In this document: piece by piece, positions 23,101 through 33,502 of the stretch
Layout: every line of letters starts with the position of its first letter
Position numbering within the stretch: the first letter of the stretch is position 1
Source of the DNA: Macrostomum lignano
Lineage: Eukaryota
DNA: 51,045 nucleotides
Direction of reading: 5' to 3'
Assembly: GCA_002269645.1 (NCBI GenBank)
Contig: NIVC01003370.1
Span: forward strand, 1 to 51,045
Notes under the pieces: generated by a model
Database searches by the model: none
What the model saw: the letters and a program-made list of their open reading frames with translations, nothing else
What the model was told of the DNA's origin: nothing
Position numbers and translations under genes: made by a program

Positions 23101-26100
23101 GATCCGCGGCCGCAGACGATTCACATTCACCCTGCGGGTCCGGCCGCTCTCGATCTTTCGAATTTCGACTACCAGATCCCGCTGCGACAGCACCTGCCAG
23201 CCCGGCTCCCAGTAAGGCGCCAGCTTGGAGCCCCTCAGCTCGATGCGCAGCAAGACCTCGTCTCCAGGACTGAACATGCGCAGCTGCCCGGTCGACCTGT
23301 CGTAGCCGCTCTTTTGCTCGCCAGCCGCCTGCACCAGATGCTCCTCGACAGACTCTCGAATTCGCAGCAGGTCGCCCTCGAGCTTGTCGGCGTAGGTGCG
23401 CACGTCATAGAATCGCCTGGACTGCTGGCTGATGACCGGCAGGCTCGGATCGCGCCCGGTGACCACCTTCAGTGGCGGCAGCTGTGTTGAGCAGTGCACC
23501 CGGGAATTGTAGGACAGCAGGATCAGTGGCAGCTTGTCCTCCCACTCGCTCTCTCGCTCGGTGAAACACCTGAGTAACTGCAGCACTGACTTGTTGCCCG
23601 ACTCTGCTAATCCGCTGCCTTTGGGATTGTAAGCCGTTGTTCTTGTCTTCGTGACTCCCAGGCCTCGCAGTGTCTTGAAAAAGCTGAGACTCGAAATTCG
23701 GTCCTTGATCGGAGTGGATGACTCGGGGAAGTCCAGTCTGGGAGCAGATGGAGAGGAAGGCGCGAGCAGTAGTCTCAGCAGTCTGGTCAGGAAACGCCAC
23801 GGCCGTCAGGTACTTGGAAAACTGATCCTGAGCCACCAGCAGGTATTTGTTGCCGCGCGATGATGGCGCCACCTTGACGATGTCGATAGCCACAGAATCC
23901 CACGGCGAGCCGATTGGCAGTTCTCCGAGTGGCGCGCTGGTCCGCGAGCCCGCTTTCTTCTCCTGACAGACAGAACAACTCTGGCAGTGTTGCACGATGT
24001 CTTCAGCCATGCCGGGCCAGTAGGCGGTCAGTTTCAGTGTGCGGTAGCATTTCTCGGCTCCGAAATGACCTCCCAGACCTTCGTGAGCGTTGGTCAAAAA
24101 CTGTTGTCGAAGCCGCGCTGGCACCACTGGAACCTCCCGCAGGCCGTCTGGGTCATTGAACTTGCGCAGTAGAACACCGTCATCATCCAGCTTCAGCTTC
24201 TTCCAGATTCTGCCGAGTTGCTGCAGTGGTCCTGCTCGCCATCTGGGTGCAATTTCTGCGTCCTTGTCCATCGCCTGAATCACCTGGCTGAGCTCCGGGT
24301 CATGTCGCTGCGCAGTTTTGAGCTCTTCAGTGTCGATTTCCGGAGTCAGCTGCGTAGCTGCGACTTCTTGGCCGTGCAGTCTGGACAGCGCGTCAGCATC
24401 TGTGTTCTCAACGCCTCTTCGGTACTTGACGGTGAAGTCGAACTCTTGAAGCAGCAGACGCCATCGTCCTAGCCTGCCGTAGCTGTCAACTCTCTGTGAA
24501 TCGATGTAGGTGAGCGGGCAGTGATCCGTGTGCACCGTGAAATGCTTGCCGAGAAGATAGTGGCGAAAAACTTTGAATGCGTGCAAGATGGCCAGGCACT
24601 CCTTTTCTGTTGCAGAGTATTTCTTCTCAGCTGAATTGAATGCGCGGCTTGAGAACTCGATCACCGCCTCGCCTTGCTTCAGAATTGCACCGACTCCGCT
24701 GCCACTGGCATCCGTGAAGACTGAGAACTCCTTAGTGAAATCCGGGTTCACCAGGATCGGAGGACTAATTAGGCACCTTTTGAGCTCGTCGAAGGCCGTC
24801 TGGCATTCCGAAGTCCAGTCAAATGGGACGCCCTTGCCAGTCAGATGGTGCAGCGGTGCGGCGATGGCAGCGAAGTTGGCTACATGGCGTCGGTATTGGT
24901 TGCACAGGCCGATGAACTGACGCACCTCCTTGGCTGACCTCGGCTCTCTCCACTGCTGAATTGCCTCCAGCTTCTCCTGGCTGGGCTGGGCACCATCCTT
25001 TGAATACCGTGTGCCGAGAAAGGTCACTTCGGGTACCGCGATCTTGCACTTGGAGCCTCTTAATGTCAGTCCGGCTGCTCGAAGTCGCTCGAAGGTCTCT
25101 CGAAGTTGCCGCAGATGATCCGACTTGGTCTTTGAGAAGCAGAGGCTGTCATCGAAGAACGTGAAGACGAAATCGCAGCCGTTGAAAACTTTTGACATTA
25201 GCATACAGAACGTGCTTGGGCCGCCCGACAGACCTTGGGGCATTCTCTTAAATTGGTACAGCGGCATCCCTGGTCCCGGACAGAAAGCAGTTTTTAGCTT
25301 GTCTTCTTCTGCCATCGGAATTTGAAAATAGCCTCCATTGAGATCCAACACAGAGAACACTGAACTGCCTGCGATTCGATCTCTTGCCTCCTCCATCAAC
25401 GGAATTCCCTGTGCAGAGCGAATAGTCTTCTTGTTGATCTCTCGATAGTCTATGGTCAGGCGGAGACTGCCATCCTTCTTTGTCACGTACACCGGTGGGG
25501 CCACGTACGGACTTTCGCTCAGCTCTATCACGTCGTTCTCCAGCAGTTCCTGAATCAGCTGCTCTACCTTCTCCCGGTAATGCACAGGCATTCGGCGCGG
25601 TGGCACTCGGACAGGTACTTCATCCGTGAGAACAATTCGGTGCTGTTGCAGATGAGTTAGTCCCGGCTTTTTCTTGAACAAGTCTTTGAACTCCACCAGC
25701 AGCCGTTGTACATCAAGGTCGTCGGTAGTCGGCAACTCGAACTCTTCACAGCTGAACTCGGGGACGAGTGCGTCTTCGATGTCAACTGGATCGTCGGTGT
25801 CAGCCTGGAATCTGGTGCTGCAGACTTGGCCGGCTTCTTGTGAAGATCCTGTGAAGTCCAGCTGCAAATTATGCTTGCCGATGAAGTCGACTCCAACAAT
25901 GACAGGGCAGACCAAACCTGACACAACGAAAAACAATTGCCGAGCTGTCACTCCACCGACTGTAAGTGGCAATTCGATTTGCCGTTCTATGCTAATTGGC
26001 TGCTTGTTCACTGAATGAAGTTGCACTCTGGCTGCAGTTGCCTGTCTGAGCTGGGATTTTGTCAGGATGCTGGACTCAACTAGTGAGCACTGGCTTCCGG

Positions 26101-27951
26101 TGTCTAACAGCGCCTTCACACTTCTGCCATCAAGCTTGCACTCACACTGCGATAGTCGGTCGGGCGCGACGCTGCATCCGTCGAAGATCCCGCCGACTGT
26201 GAGCGCCGGCCTTGAAGCCGCTGCTGCTGGGCCCGCAGTTACTGCTGGCCGGGGTTGCGGGCCCGCACACCCCAGCCTCTGGCGTTTCCCGGCTGTCGCC
26301 TGCTGTAGCAATCTCTGGCAATGTGGCCGGCCTTGTGGCAGTTGTAGCAGATGATGTCAGACTTCGAACGGTGCTGCGGTCTCGTTGTGCTGCTCGTCCT
26401 CACTCCACAGGCTGCCAGCTGCTGCAGCTGGGAACTCAGGGTGCTCACCGATGCCTGCAGACTCTGCACAGTGTCCCGCAGCTCCTGAACTTCGCTGGAT
26501 TGGCTCGACTGAGGTTGCACCGCTGCTGCTGGGATGCTTGGCGAGCTGTGCTGCATCAGTAGCTGGGCCTTTTGAAGCGCTTGCTCTGAGGTCTTAACGC
26601 TGGAGTCCGCGCGAATCTGCCAGCTCACGGATTCGGGAAGGCCACAGACGAACTGATGGAACAGCAGAGCCTCTTGAGCATCTTTGTTGTCCACGGAGGA
26701 GCTTTTGAGCATCTTCTTTAACTCGTAAAGATACATGCGTGGAGTCTCATTCGACAAAATCTTCCTTGATTTGAACGCCTCCATGACGGCGAAGTGCTCG
26801 CGGTTCGGGTGGAATGCATCATCCAATGCCTGGACTACTTTGTCGTAGTCTGCCTGATCTCCTGCCGACAGTTCCAAATAAACGACGAGAGCCTCGCCAT
26901 CCAAAAATGTGGCCAGTCGCTCCGCTTTGCACGTGTCCCACTTGTTGACTTTTGCGCATACATTGAAACGCTGCAGCCATTCCTTAAAGTTGCCGGTACT
27001 GAAAACTCTGGGCAGCGCTGCACTGGCGGTCAAACCTTTCTCAGCCATTCTAGAATAATTTGCTCTGCTACCAGTTGTAGACTAAGGCAGAGAGATACAA
27101 CTGAGAGTTGACGAAGCCTCTTGGCGTTTATTAGATCGATACGCAGGTTAAATACGATACAACAATTGTTACATAACTGGGTATAAAAGATAGAGACAGG
27201 GGTGGGTGAAAAGCACGTACATGCTGTACAATAGCAACCCCCACCCCGCTCTAGCGACTGGCGCATACAAGTACACTTGCAACTCACTACACAGGTGAAG
27301 AGAGGGCACAGGTGAAGAGAGGGCACAGGTGAAGAGAGGGCACAGGTAAAGTAAGGGCACAGGTGAAGAGAGGGCACAGGTGAAGAGGGCACAGGTGAAG
27401 AGGACACAGGTGAAGAGAGGGCACAGGTGAAGAGAGGGCACAGGTGAAGAGAGGGCACAGGTGAAGAGAGGGCACAGGTGAAGAGAGGGCACAGGTGAAG
27501 AGAGGGCACAGGTGAAGAGAGGGCACAGGTGAAGAGAGGGCACAGGTAAAGTAAGGGCACAGGTGAAGAGAGGGCACAGGTGAAGAGAGGGCACAGGTGA
27601 AGAGAGGGCACAGGTGAAGAGAGGGCACAGATAAAGAGAGGGTTACTGTGGACATGAACCTGTATCATAAGCCTGAACTGAAATTGCAGACATTCTGCTT
27701 CACCCGGGATCCGCTGTACTCATACATCAGGGGAGCCTTGGGCCGCCTCATGCCAGAGGATATTCAGTAAGCCGCTGACTCATGCTGATTTTTTTTCAAA
27801 TTTTAACCCTCGCATTGTTTAATGAACACTGCTCAATTGCAGCGTCAACGGAGTGCTGTCGCTGATCCCAGAGTTCCAGTCAGCCTTCAGCTGTCCTGCT
27901 GACTCAGCGATGGTGAAGCTAGGAGGCTGCAGCCCAATTTTCTATACCTGA
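14135..27951 (+). CDS. Neprilysin/ECE-like (peptidase M13) type II membrane protein, predicted catalytically inactive, ~782 aa, 12 exons
   Basis: Exons 14135-14401, 15959-16393, 16488-16538, 17158-17319, 17414-17658, 18278-18503, 20293-20469, 20705-20987, 21341-21486, 21860-22030, 27690-27766, 27843-27951 (2349 nt, phase-consistent). N-terminal TM; CQTEAC...[17 protein letters not shown]; NYLNWQV; KIGY; [11 protein letters not shown]; VNGVLS...EFQSAFSCP. Confidence 0.9.
14424..15890. repeat. 11-bp minisatellite (ACCGATTCCCC family) filling M13 intron 1
   Basis: More than 120 units with CCCC/CCTT/CCCA variants; a ~110-bp higher-order duplication lies near the 3' end. Confidence 0.96.
16655..17146. 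repeat. 17-bp minisatellite in M13 intron 3, ~29 copies
   Basis: Unit GAGAGTACACAGGGTCA; the array ends 11 nt before the acceptor. Confidence 0.96.
17750..18235. repeat. 22-bp minisatellite in M13 intron 5, ~22 copies
   Basis: Unit ACACAGGATTTACCCGCTACAG, with 21-bp variants. Confidence 0.96.
18780..20198. repeat. CT-rich low-complexity array in M13 intron 6
   Basis: About 1.4 kb of CTCTCTCC/CTCTCCG/CTTCAT motifs, almost entirely pyrimidine on the + strand. Confidence 0.95.
20511..20653. repeat. 20-bp minisatellite in M13 intron 7, ~7 copies
   Basis: Unit AGATT(G/A)GAATGTGTCACTCT. Confidence 0.92.
21019..21210. repeat. 22-bp minisatellite in M13 intron 8, ~8 copies
   Basis: Unit GGGATTCCGATGGGACTCCAGT. 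Confidence 0.92.
21489..21798. repeat. 30-bp minisatellite in M13 intron 9, ~10 copies
   Basis: Unit GAG(T/G)GATTCTGTGGGGCAGGGCTGCTGGCT, beginning inside the splice donor. Confidence 0.95.
22078..22584. repeat. 18-bp minisatellite in M13 intron 10, left part
   Basis: Unit GGGCACAGGTGAAGAGAG with 16-bp variants; interrupted by the LTR element. Confidence 0.96.
22585..22800 (-). repeat. 3' LTR, preceded on the - strand by a polypurine tract (GGGGAGGAT)
   Basis: 216 bp, TG...CA termini; PPT immediately adjacent at ~22801-22809. Confidence 0.95.
22957..26311 (-). CDS. pol: Gypsy pol (protease, RT, RNase H, integrase) with a frameshift in the integrase core
   Basis: ALLDTGS protease; [14 protein letters not shown] and FFDD in RT; FTDASG RNase H; H-x4-H...C-x2-C and DIV/SDQG in integrase. 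The frame changes near 23671 and resumes as [24 protein letters not shown]..., ending at 22957. Confidence 0.92.
26239..27048 (-). CDS. gag: Gypsy gag, 269 aa, CCHC zinc knuckle
   Basis: [14 protein letters not shown]; starts just after the PBS and overlaps pol. Confidence 0.92.
   Translation of the reverse strand: MAEKGLTASAALPRVFSTGNFKEWLQRFNVCAKVNKWDTCKAERLATFLDGEALVVYLELSAGDQADYDKVVQALDDAFHPNREHFAVMEAFKSRKILSNETPRMYLYELKKMLKSSSVDNKDAQEALLFHQFVCGLPESVSWQIRADSSVKTSEQALQKAQLLMQHSSPSIPAAAVQPQSSQSSEVQELRDTVQSLQASVSTLSSQLQQLAACGVRTSSTTRPQHRSKSDIICYNCHKAGHIARDCYSRRQPGNARGWGVRARNPGQQ
26243..26290 (-). promoter_or_regulatory. Programmed -1 ribosomal frameshift signal (G GGA AAC + downstream hairpin)
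   Basis: Slippery heptamer at 26290-26284 in the gag frame; the -1 frame gives KRQRLGCAG of the pol ORF. Downstream GGGGT-G-TGCGGG/CCCGCA-ACCCC can form a stem. Confidence 0.8.
27062..27074 (-). promoter_or_regulatory. Primer-binding site, tRNA-iMet type
   Basis: TGGTAGCAGAG(C) on the - strand next to the 5' LTR; complementary to the ...CUCUGCUACCA end of metazoan initiator tRNA-Met. Confidence 0.8.
27076..27291 (-). repeat. 5' LTR
   Basis: 216 bp; 214/216 identical to 22585-22800. Confidence 0.95.
27292..27630. repeat. 18-bp minisatellite in M13 intron 10, right part
   Basis: Same GGGCACAGGTGAAGAGAG unit as 22078-22584. Confidence 0.96.
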
Positions 27952-29089
27952 ACTTGTTGCTTCAAATCCAGCGCTTTCGATTTTCGACTGTCGGAAACTG
28001 CAGTCCAACACGTGAATGTGCATGAAACTGAAGTTAGAATGATTTTACAATAATTTTCTTTGTAAGCCCAATTCTCGCAAGTAATTGATTTACATGCCTA
28101 TTTCGTTGCCGTGTCAATGCGAGAACCTCATAATATTGTTGTGCACCTTCTGAGGAAAAATACAGTATGTACAAGTTTTGAATTAAAACCACTTCCGAGG
28201 CCTGCAGCCTTAGCGTGTTTTAAGGTGCAGCGGTAACGAGCCTGAATTAGGTTTATGGCAGCGTGCCAACCATGCCAAGCTTTCAAAAGAGACTCGTTTT
28301 AAATACGTACAACAAAAAACTTCCACAAGAAAGCGACAATTGCATTCAATTTCAAACAGTGGGCTTTAAAAAGACTATTCCTGTTGTTCTGTCTATGGCT
28401 GAGACTTCAAGAAGTCCAATCAATTCCGACACGTTCGATTGATCGAAATTCTTTCGCTGGACAATCGTTTTGCTCAATACTTGGTGGATAGCATTGAGGC
28501 CAAAGACTAAAAAGTGGGCAAAGCATTGGCTTGGTCTTGGTGCGTGTAGGCTGTGGTTTAATGCGATTTATTGTGTGCAACCGATGGTTTTCGACCATAG
28601 ACACTTCAGTGAGCCTTACAGGGCTTTTATCATGGACTTCTATACTTAGCATAGAGTAGAGCATCAGTCGTCATCTTGGCGACAAAAGCAAAGATAGGAC
28701 AGGATCGATCTACGTGTCTTAGCAGCATGATCTGACAGCTGTGCTTGGCCGTGTGCTCAAATGCCAGCTTTCCCTATACGGGACTGCAGTCTGGCATCGG
28801 CCGCCATTGTGGTAACCTCTAAGGACGTACAGTGAGGCTCCGGAGTCGCAGTGCAACCGGGATTGCGGCGACCCAGGGACGACTCAATACTACACAGTGT
28901 AAGACACCCTAAGATGCTATTTCATAGGATGTCTTACACTGAGCAGGTTGACGCAGCGCGCAGGGCTCCAATGGGCCCTGGGCCCCAGAGAGAGCAGAAT
29001 AACACAATGACTTACGAGCCGGGGCCCGGGCCATGAGAGAAGCGACCCGCTGCGTCGTAGGCGACTCCAGCTGGCAGGCCGCATCATCC

Positions 29090-30230
29090 GCGCCTGTCAG
29101 CGCCAGTGCAGGAGTTGCTGCTGCTAACAGGTGTGCAATCGGAGTTTCGTTGAGTGCCTGTTGGCACTCCCGCTCTGTGGAGGTCCAGAAAGATGGACCG
29201 CAAGGTGGAGTCCTCAGCCCGATTTTCTGGAACTTGGTTTTGGACGAGTTGCTCAGCAGCCCGTACCCGGATCTGGTTCAAAAGATCGGCTATGCCGACG
29301 ATGTTACCGCCACTGTGGCAGGACCAACACCCGCGGTCCTAAGAGACCTCCTCCAAGCCTTCATCCACAGTGCCGAGCGCTGGGCAGACAGCTGTGATCT
29401 CAGGTTCTCTGAGTCTAAAACCATGGCCATCATATTCACCAGCCACCGAAACTGCAGGATTGAACCGCTCTCCTTCTATGGCAAACCCGTTGCCATGGAG
29501 AAACAAACCAGATGTCTGGGCGTCACCTCGACCACAGGTCCAAACCAAAGCAAACAAAGCTCTCGCAGATCCGCAGAGCTTTCGGCGCTACCTGGGGCCT
29601 TACCCCCGCCTCTGGTGAATTCACACTGCCATTGTTAGACCGGCCATCTCCTTAGCCGGCTTCATTTGAAACAGTGCCCTAGAGGTGAAAGGGGTCCTTG
29701 ATGCTCTTAACAGGGTGCAAGGCCGCGCTTGTCGAGCTATCATGAGCGCGGCTCCCTCCACGCCGTTTGCTGGCATGAACTCCTTCCTGGACATTCCCCC
29801 CTTGACATCTTTATCAGCGGAGAGGCAATGAAGACCACCTAACGTCTGCTTGACGCGGGTGTCCCAATCCAGAAGCAGTTCGCCTTTAGAAAGCGGAACC
29901 TCTGGCCGCACGGCCATCAGCTTCTGCGCCATGGAGCTGTACAATCAGTGCGCCTGGGTGAAGGAAATTACCCCCAGTACATTCTGTGGAGATTACCCTT
30001 TACTCAGAGAGTTAAGCAGCGACCCACGCCTGTGAGCGCACAACCACCTGCTCGCGTAGAGTCAAGTAAGTCAAGTTCATTGCAACCCATATGGAATTCC
30101 GGCCGATTCACCTACGGCAGAGTCCCACCACCTGTAAACACAATCTATGAACTCTCACTAGGCTCCATGGAAATTCCACGGCTTTCCCTGCTAGCCTCTG
30201 CTATATGTTATATAGTATAATTATTACTAA
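29090..30230 (+). mobile_element. Decayed non-LTR retrotransposon RT fragment (R1/LOA-like)
   Basis: PQGGVLSPIFWNLVLDELL, GYADD, RCLGV, HTAIVRPA and RACRAIMSAAPSTPFAGMNSFLDIPPLDIFI in shifting frames. Clade assignment is by motif resemblance only. Confidence 0.8.
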
Positions 30231-30806
30231 TTAGGATGCAGCGGTAACGTGAGTTCTTTCCCTGGCGCTACCAAAACAATGATGGGTTCGGATTTCTGCG
30301 CGAGAAAGAATTAGCTCCCAGAAAACGAAGTTACTGTCCGTCTTTCTTGAGCAGCAAATATTTTTACTTTGGCACTTGGCCCAAGAAATTACCTAAACAG
30401 CCTGGCAACACTCTGAATCTGCTCGAACAAAGCATGGGGCTTAAGATTTCGACTCGGCAGTGAAACAGGATCCATCAGTCGGCCTCCCCGTTAGAAGCCG
30501 CTAAAATCATTCAAATAGATGTTTTTTATAAAATGTTATTTACAAGTTGAAAAAAATTCTCGTCAAAAACATTTCATGGAAACCCGAGGCAAGGATGGCC
30601 GGGCAGCGCGGACACCCCCCGGACAGCGGCGGCTCCTTCGGGAATTTCGGCTCCTCAGTCTGAGCCCCTTTAACTGCAGTGAAGCGCGGTTTAATCCGTT
30701 TCTTTGAGATGAAGAATTTAAGGCCAAGCCGAGCAGGTGAGCAGCGCAGACTCATCGCAAGACCGATTCGAACCCACCGGCTGCCCCATCACTGATCAGT
30801 CCCAAG

Positions 30807-32642
30807 ATGCCGAGCTGTTTCGCACTGACTGCCGCGGTGCTCCTGGTCAGCAGCATGGTTGGCGACGACCGACACACTGTCGCTGAGGTGCACAAAGACC
30901 GCCCGCTCAGTGGCATGCAGGACGCCATGGAGCCACCCGCCGCTGCTGAAGGTATTGCAGGATGCTAGTGTCTAACAGCAGTAATGATACCTGTGTCTAA
31001 CAATGATGCCTGTGTCTAACAATGATGCCTGTGTCTAACAATGATGCCTGTGTCTAACAATGATGCCTGTGTCTAACAGCAGTAATGATACCTGTGTCTA
31101 ACAATGATGCCAGTGTCTAACAATGATGCCTGTGTCTAACAGCAGTATGATGCCTGTGTCTAACAGCAGTAATGGTGCCTGTGTCTAACAGCAGTAATGG
31201 TACCTGTGTCTAACAATGATGCCTGTGTCTAACAGCAGTAATGATGCCTGTGTCTAACAATGATGCCTGTGTCTAACAATGATGCCTGTGTCTAACAATG
31301 ATGCCTGTGTCTAACAGCAGTAATGATGCCTGTGTCTAACAATGATGCCTGTGTCTAACAGCAGTAATGATACCTGTGTCTAACAATGATACCCGTGTCT
31401 AACAACAGTAATGATACCTGTGTCTAACAGCAGCAATGATACCTGTGTCTAACAAATGATACCTGTGTCTAACAATGATACCCGTGTCTAACAGCAGTAA
31501 TAATACCTGTCTAACAAATGATGCCTGTGTCTAACAATGATGCCTGTGTCTAACAACGATGCCTGTGTCTAACAGCAGTAGTGATACCTGTGTCTAACAA
31601 ATGATGCCTGTGTCTAAACAATGATGCCTGTGTCTAACAGCAGTAATGGTACCTGCGTCTAACAAAGATACCTGTGTCTAACAATGATACCCGCGTCTAA
31701 CAGCAGTAATGATACCTGTGTCTAACAATGATACCTGTGTCTAACAATGATACCTGTGTCTAACAATGATACCTGTGTCTAACAAATGTTACCTGTGTCT
31801 AACAATGATGCCTGTGTCTAACAATGATGCCTGTGTCTAACAATGATGCCTGTGTCTAACAATGATGCCTGTGTCTAACAATGATGCCTGTGTCTAACAA
31901 TGATACCTGTGTCTAACAATGATACCTGTGTCTAACAAATGATGCCTGTGTCTAACAAATGTTACCTGCGTCTAACAAATGATGCCTGTGTCTAACAAAT
32001 GATGCCTGTGTCTAACAAATGTTACCTGTGTCTAACAAATGATGCCTGTGTCTAACAAATGATGCATGTGTCTAACAAATGATGCCTGTGTCTAACAAAT
32101 GATGCATGTGTCTAACAAATGATGCCTGTGTCTAACAAATGATGCATGTGTCTAACAAATGATGCATGTGTCTAACAAATGATGCATGTGTCTAACAAAT
32201 GATACCTGTGTCTAACAAATGATGCCTGTGTCTAACAATGATACCTGTGTCTAACAAATGATACCTGTGTCTAACAAATGATACCTGTGTCTAACAAATG
32301 ATGCCTGTGTCTAACAAATGATACCTGTGTCTAAAAATGATGCCTGTGTCTAACAAATGATGCCTGTGTCTAACAATGATACCTGTGTCTAACAATGATG
32401 CCTGTGTCTAACAAATGATACCTGTGTCTAACAATGATGCCTGTGTCTAACAAATGATACCTGTGTCTAACAATGATGCCTGTGTCTAACAAATGATGCC
32501 TGTGTCTAACAATGATACCCGCAATGCCCTCCCAGACCGGGCAGCCGTCAAGCGAGTTTACACACCGCTGTTCGCATTTCTGCGCCGGACCCTGAACGAA
32601 GACGGTGACAAAAGGCGAGACGCCCCCGGCCAGCAAGGCTGA
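30807..32642 (+). CDS. Putative neuropeptide/prohormone precursor, 83 aa, 2 coding exons
   Basis: Exon 30807-30951 (GAA G|gtattg) + 32536-32642 (cccag|AC), phase 1 on both sides: MPSCFALTAAVLLVSSMVG-DDRHTVAEVHKDRPLSGMQDAMEPPAAAEDRAAV-KR-VYTPLFAFL-RR-TLNEDGD-KRR-DAPGQQG*. Not shown in the ORF track. Possible 5' UTR intron at ~30739-30799. Confidence 0.7.
30968..32518. repeat. 19/20/25-bp minisatellite filling the neuropeptide-gene intron, ~75 copies
   Basis: Core AATGAT(G/A)CCTGTGTCTAAC, with +A or +AGCAGT variants. Confidence 0.96.
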
Positions 32643-33067
32643 CTGAGGCCACCGGGTCGCCTGTGTCTCCTGGCCTGACCTGGACTTGCTGGATAAAATT
32701 ATAATTAGCTGATCGCTACACATCTTCAAATGCTTCTAGATAAAATGCATTAATTGCGCCGTGGTGTTAATTGGGCATCGAGAAATGAAAAATTCAAAGC
32801 GAAAATTCACTTGGCTTTTTATACTACTATTAATTTAACCCAACTCTGCGCCCAGCAAAAACTGCTGCAGTCCGCTCTGAGGACATTCTAGTTCGAATAT
32901 TTATTTTACTTGGCAAGCGGTCCTTTCAGCAGGTAACAAAAATCTAACAGACGGTCAAGCAGAACAGCAACTTGTATATTTAGCAGTCATTTTCAATGCT
33001 GCAGATGCGAAATGCACTGAGAAGGGAGGGGCTTAACGCTTAACAGAATGGCCTCCAGTGGCTGTAT

Positions 33068-33119
33068 AGGCAGGCAGGCAGGCAGGCAGGCGGACAGACA
33101 GACAGACAGACAGACAGGC

Positions 33120-33166
<47 letters not shown>

Positions 33167-33428
33167 GAGACAGACAGAGAGAAGGACAGACAGACAGACA
33201 GACAGACAGGCAGGCAGACAGGCAGATAGACAGACAGACAGACAGGCAGACAGGCAGACAGACAGACAGACAGGCAGACAGATAGACAGACAGACAGGCA
33301 GACAGGCAGACAGGCAGACAGACAGACAGGCAGGCAGACAGGCAGACAGGCAGACAGACAGGCAGGCAGGCAGGCAGACAGGCAGACAGACAGACAGACA
33401 GGCAGGCAGACAGGCAGACAGGCAGGCA
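33068..33428. repeat. (CAGA/CAGG)n tetranucleotide microsatellite
   Basis: About 90 units of mixed CAGA/CAGG. Confidence 0.96.
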
Positions 33429-33502
33429 GAATTCCGAAGCCCCAGCTGAGCAATCAGTTAAGCAAACGGAGGCAAAGCAGCCCTGGCGGGGCCGAAGCGC
33501 CC

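Larger units (their letters stand above)
22585..27291 (-). mobile_element. Full-length Ty3/Gypsy LTR retrotransposon (4707 bp), antisense in M13 intron 10
   Basis: Two 216-bp LTRs (TGTAG...CTACA) differing at 2 positions; 4-bp TSD CAGG (22581-22584 and 27292-27295); PBS; PPT; gag followed by PR-RT-RH-INT. Confidence 0.97.

Noticed and set aside
23044-26562. Plus-strand ORFs inside the LTR element
   Set aside because: Antisense shadows of GC-rich gag/pol.
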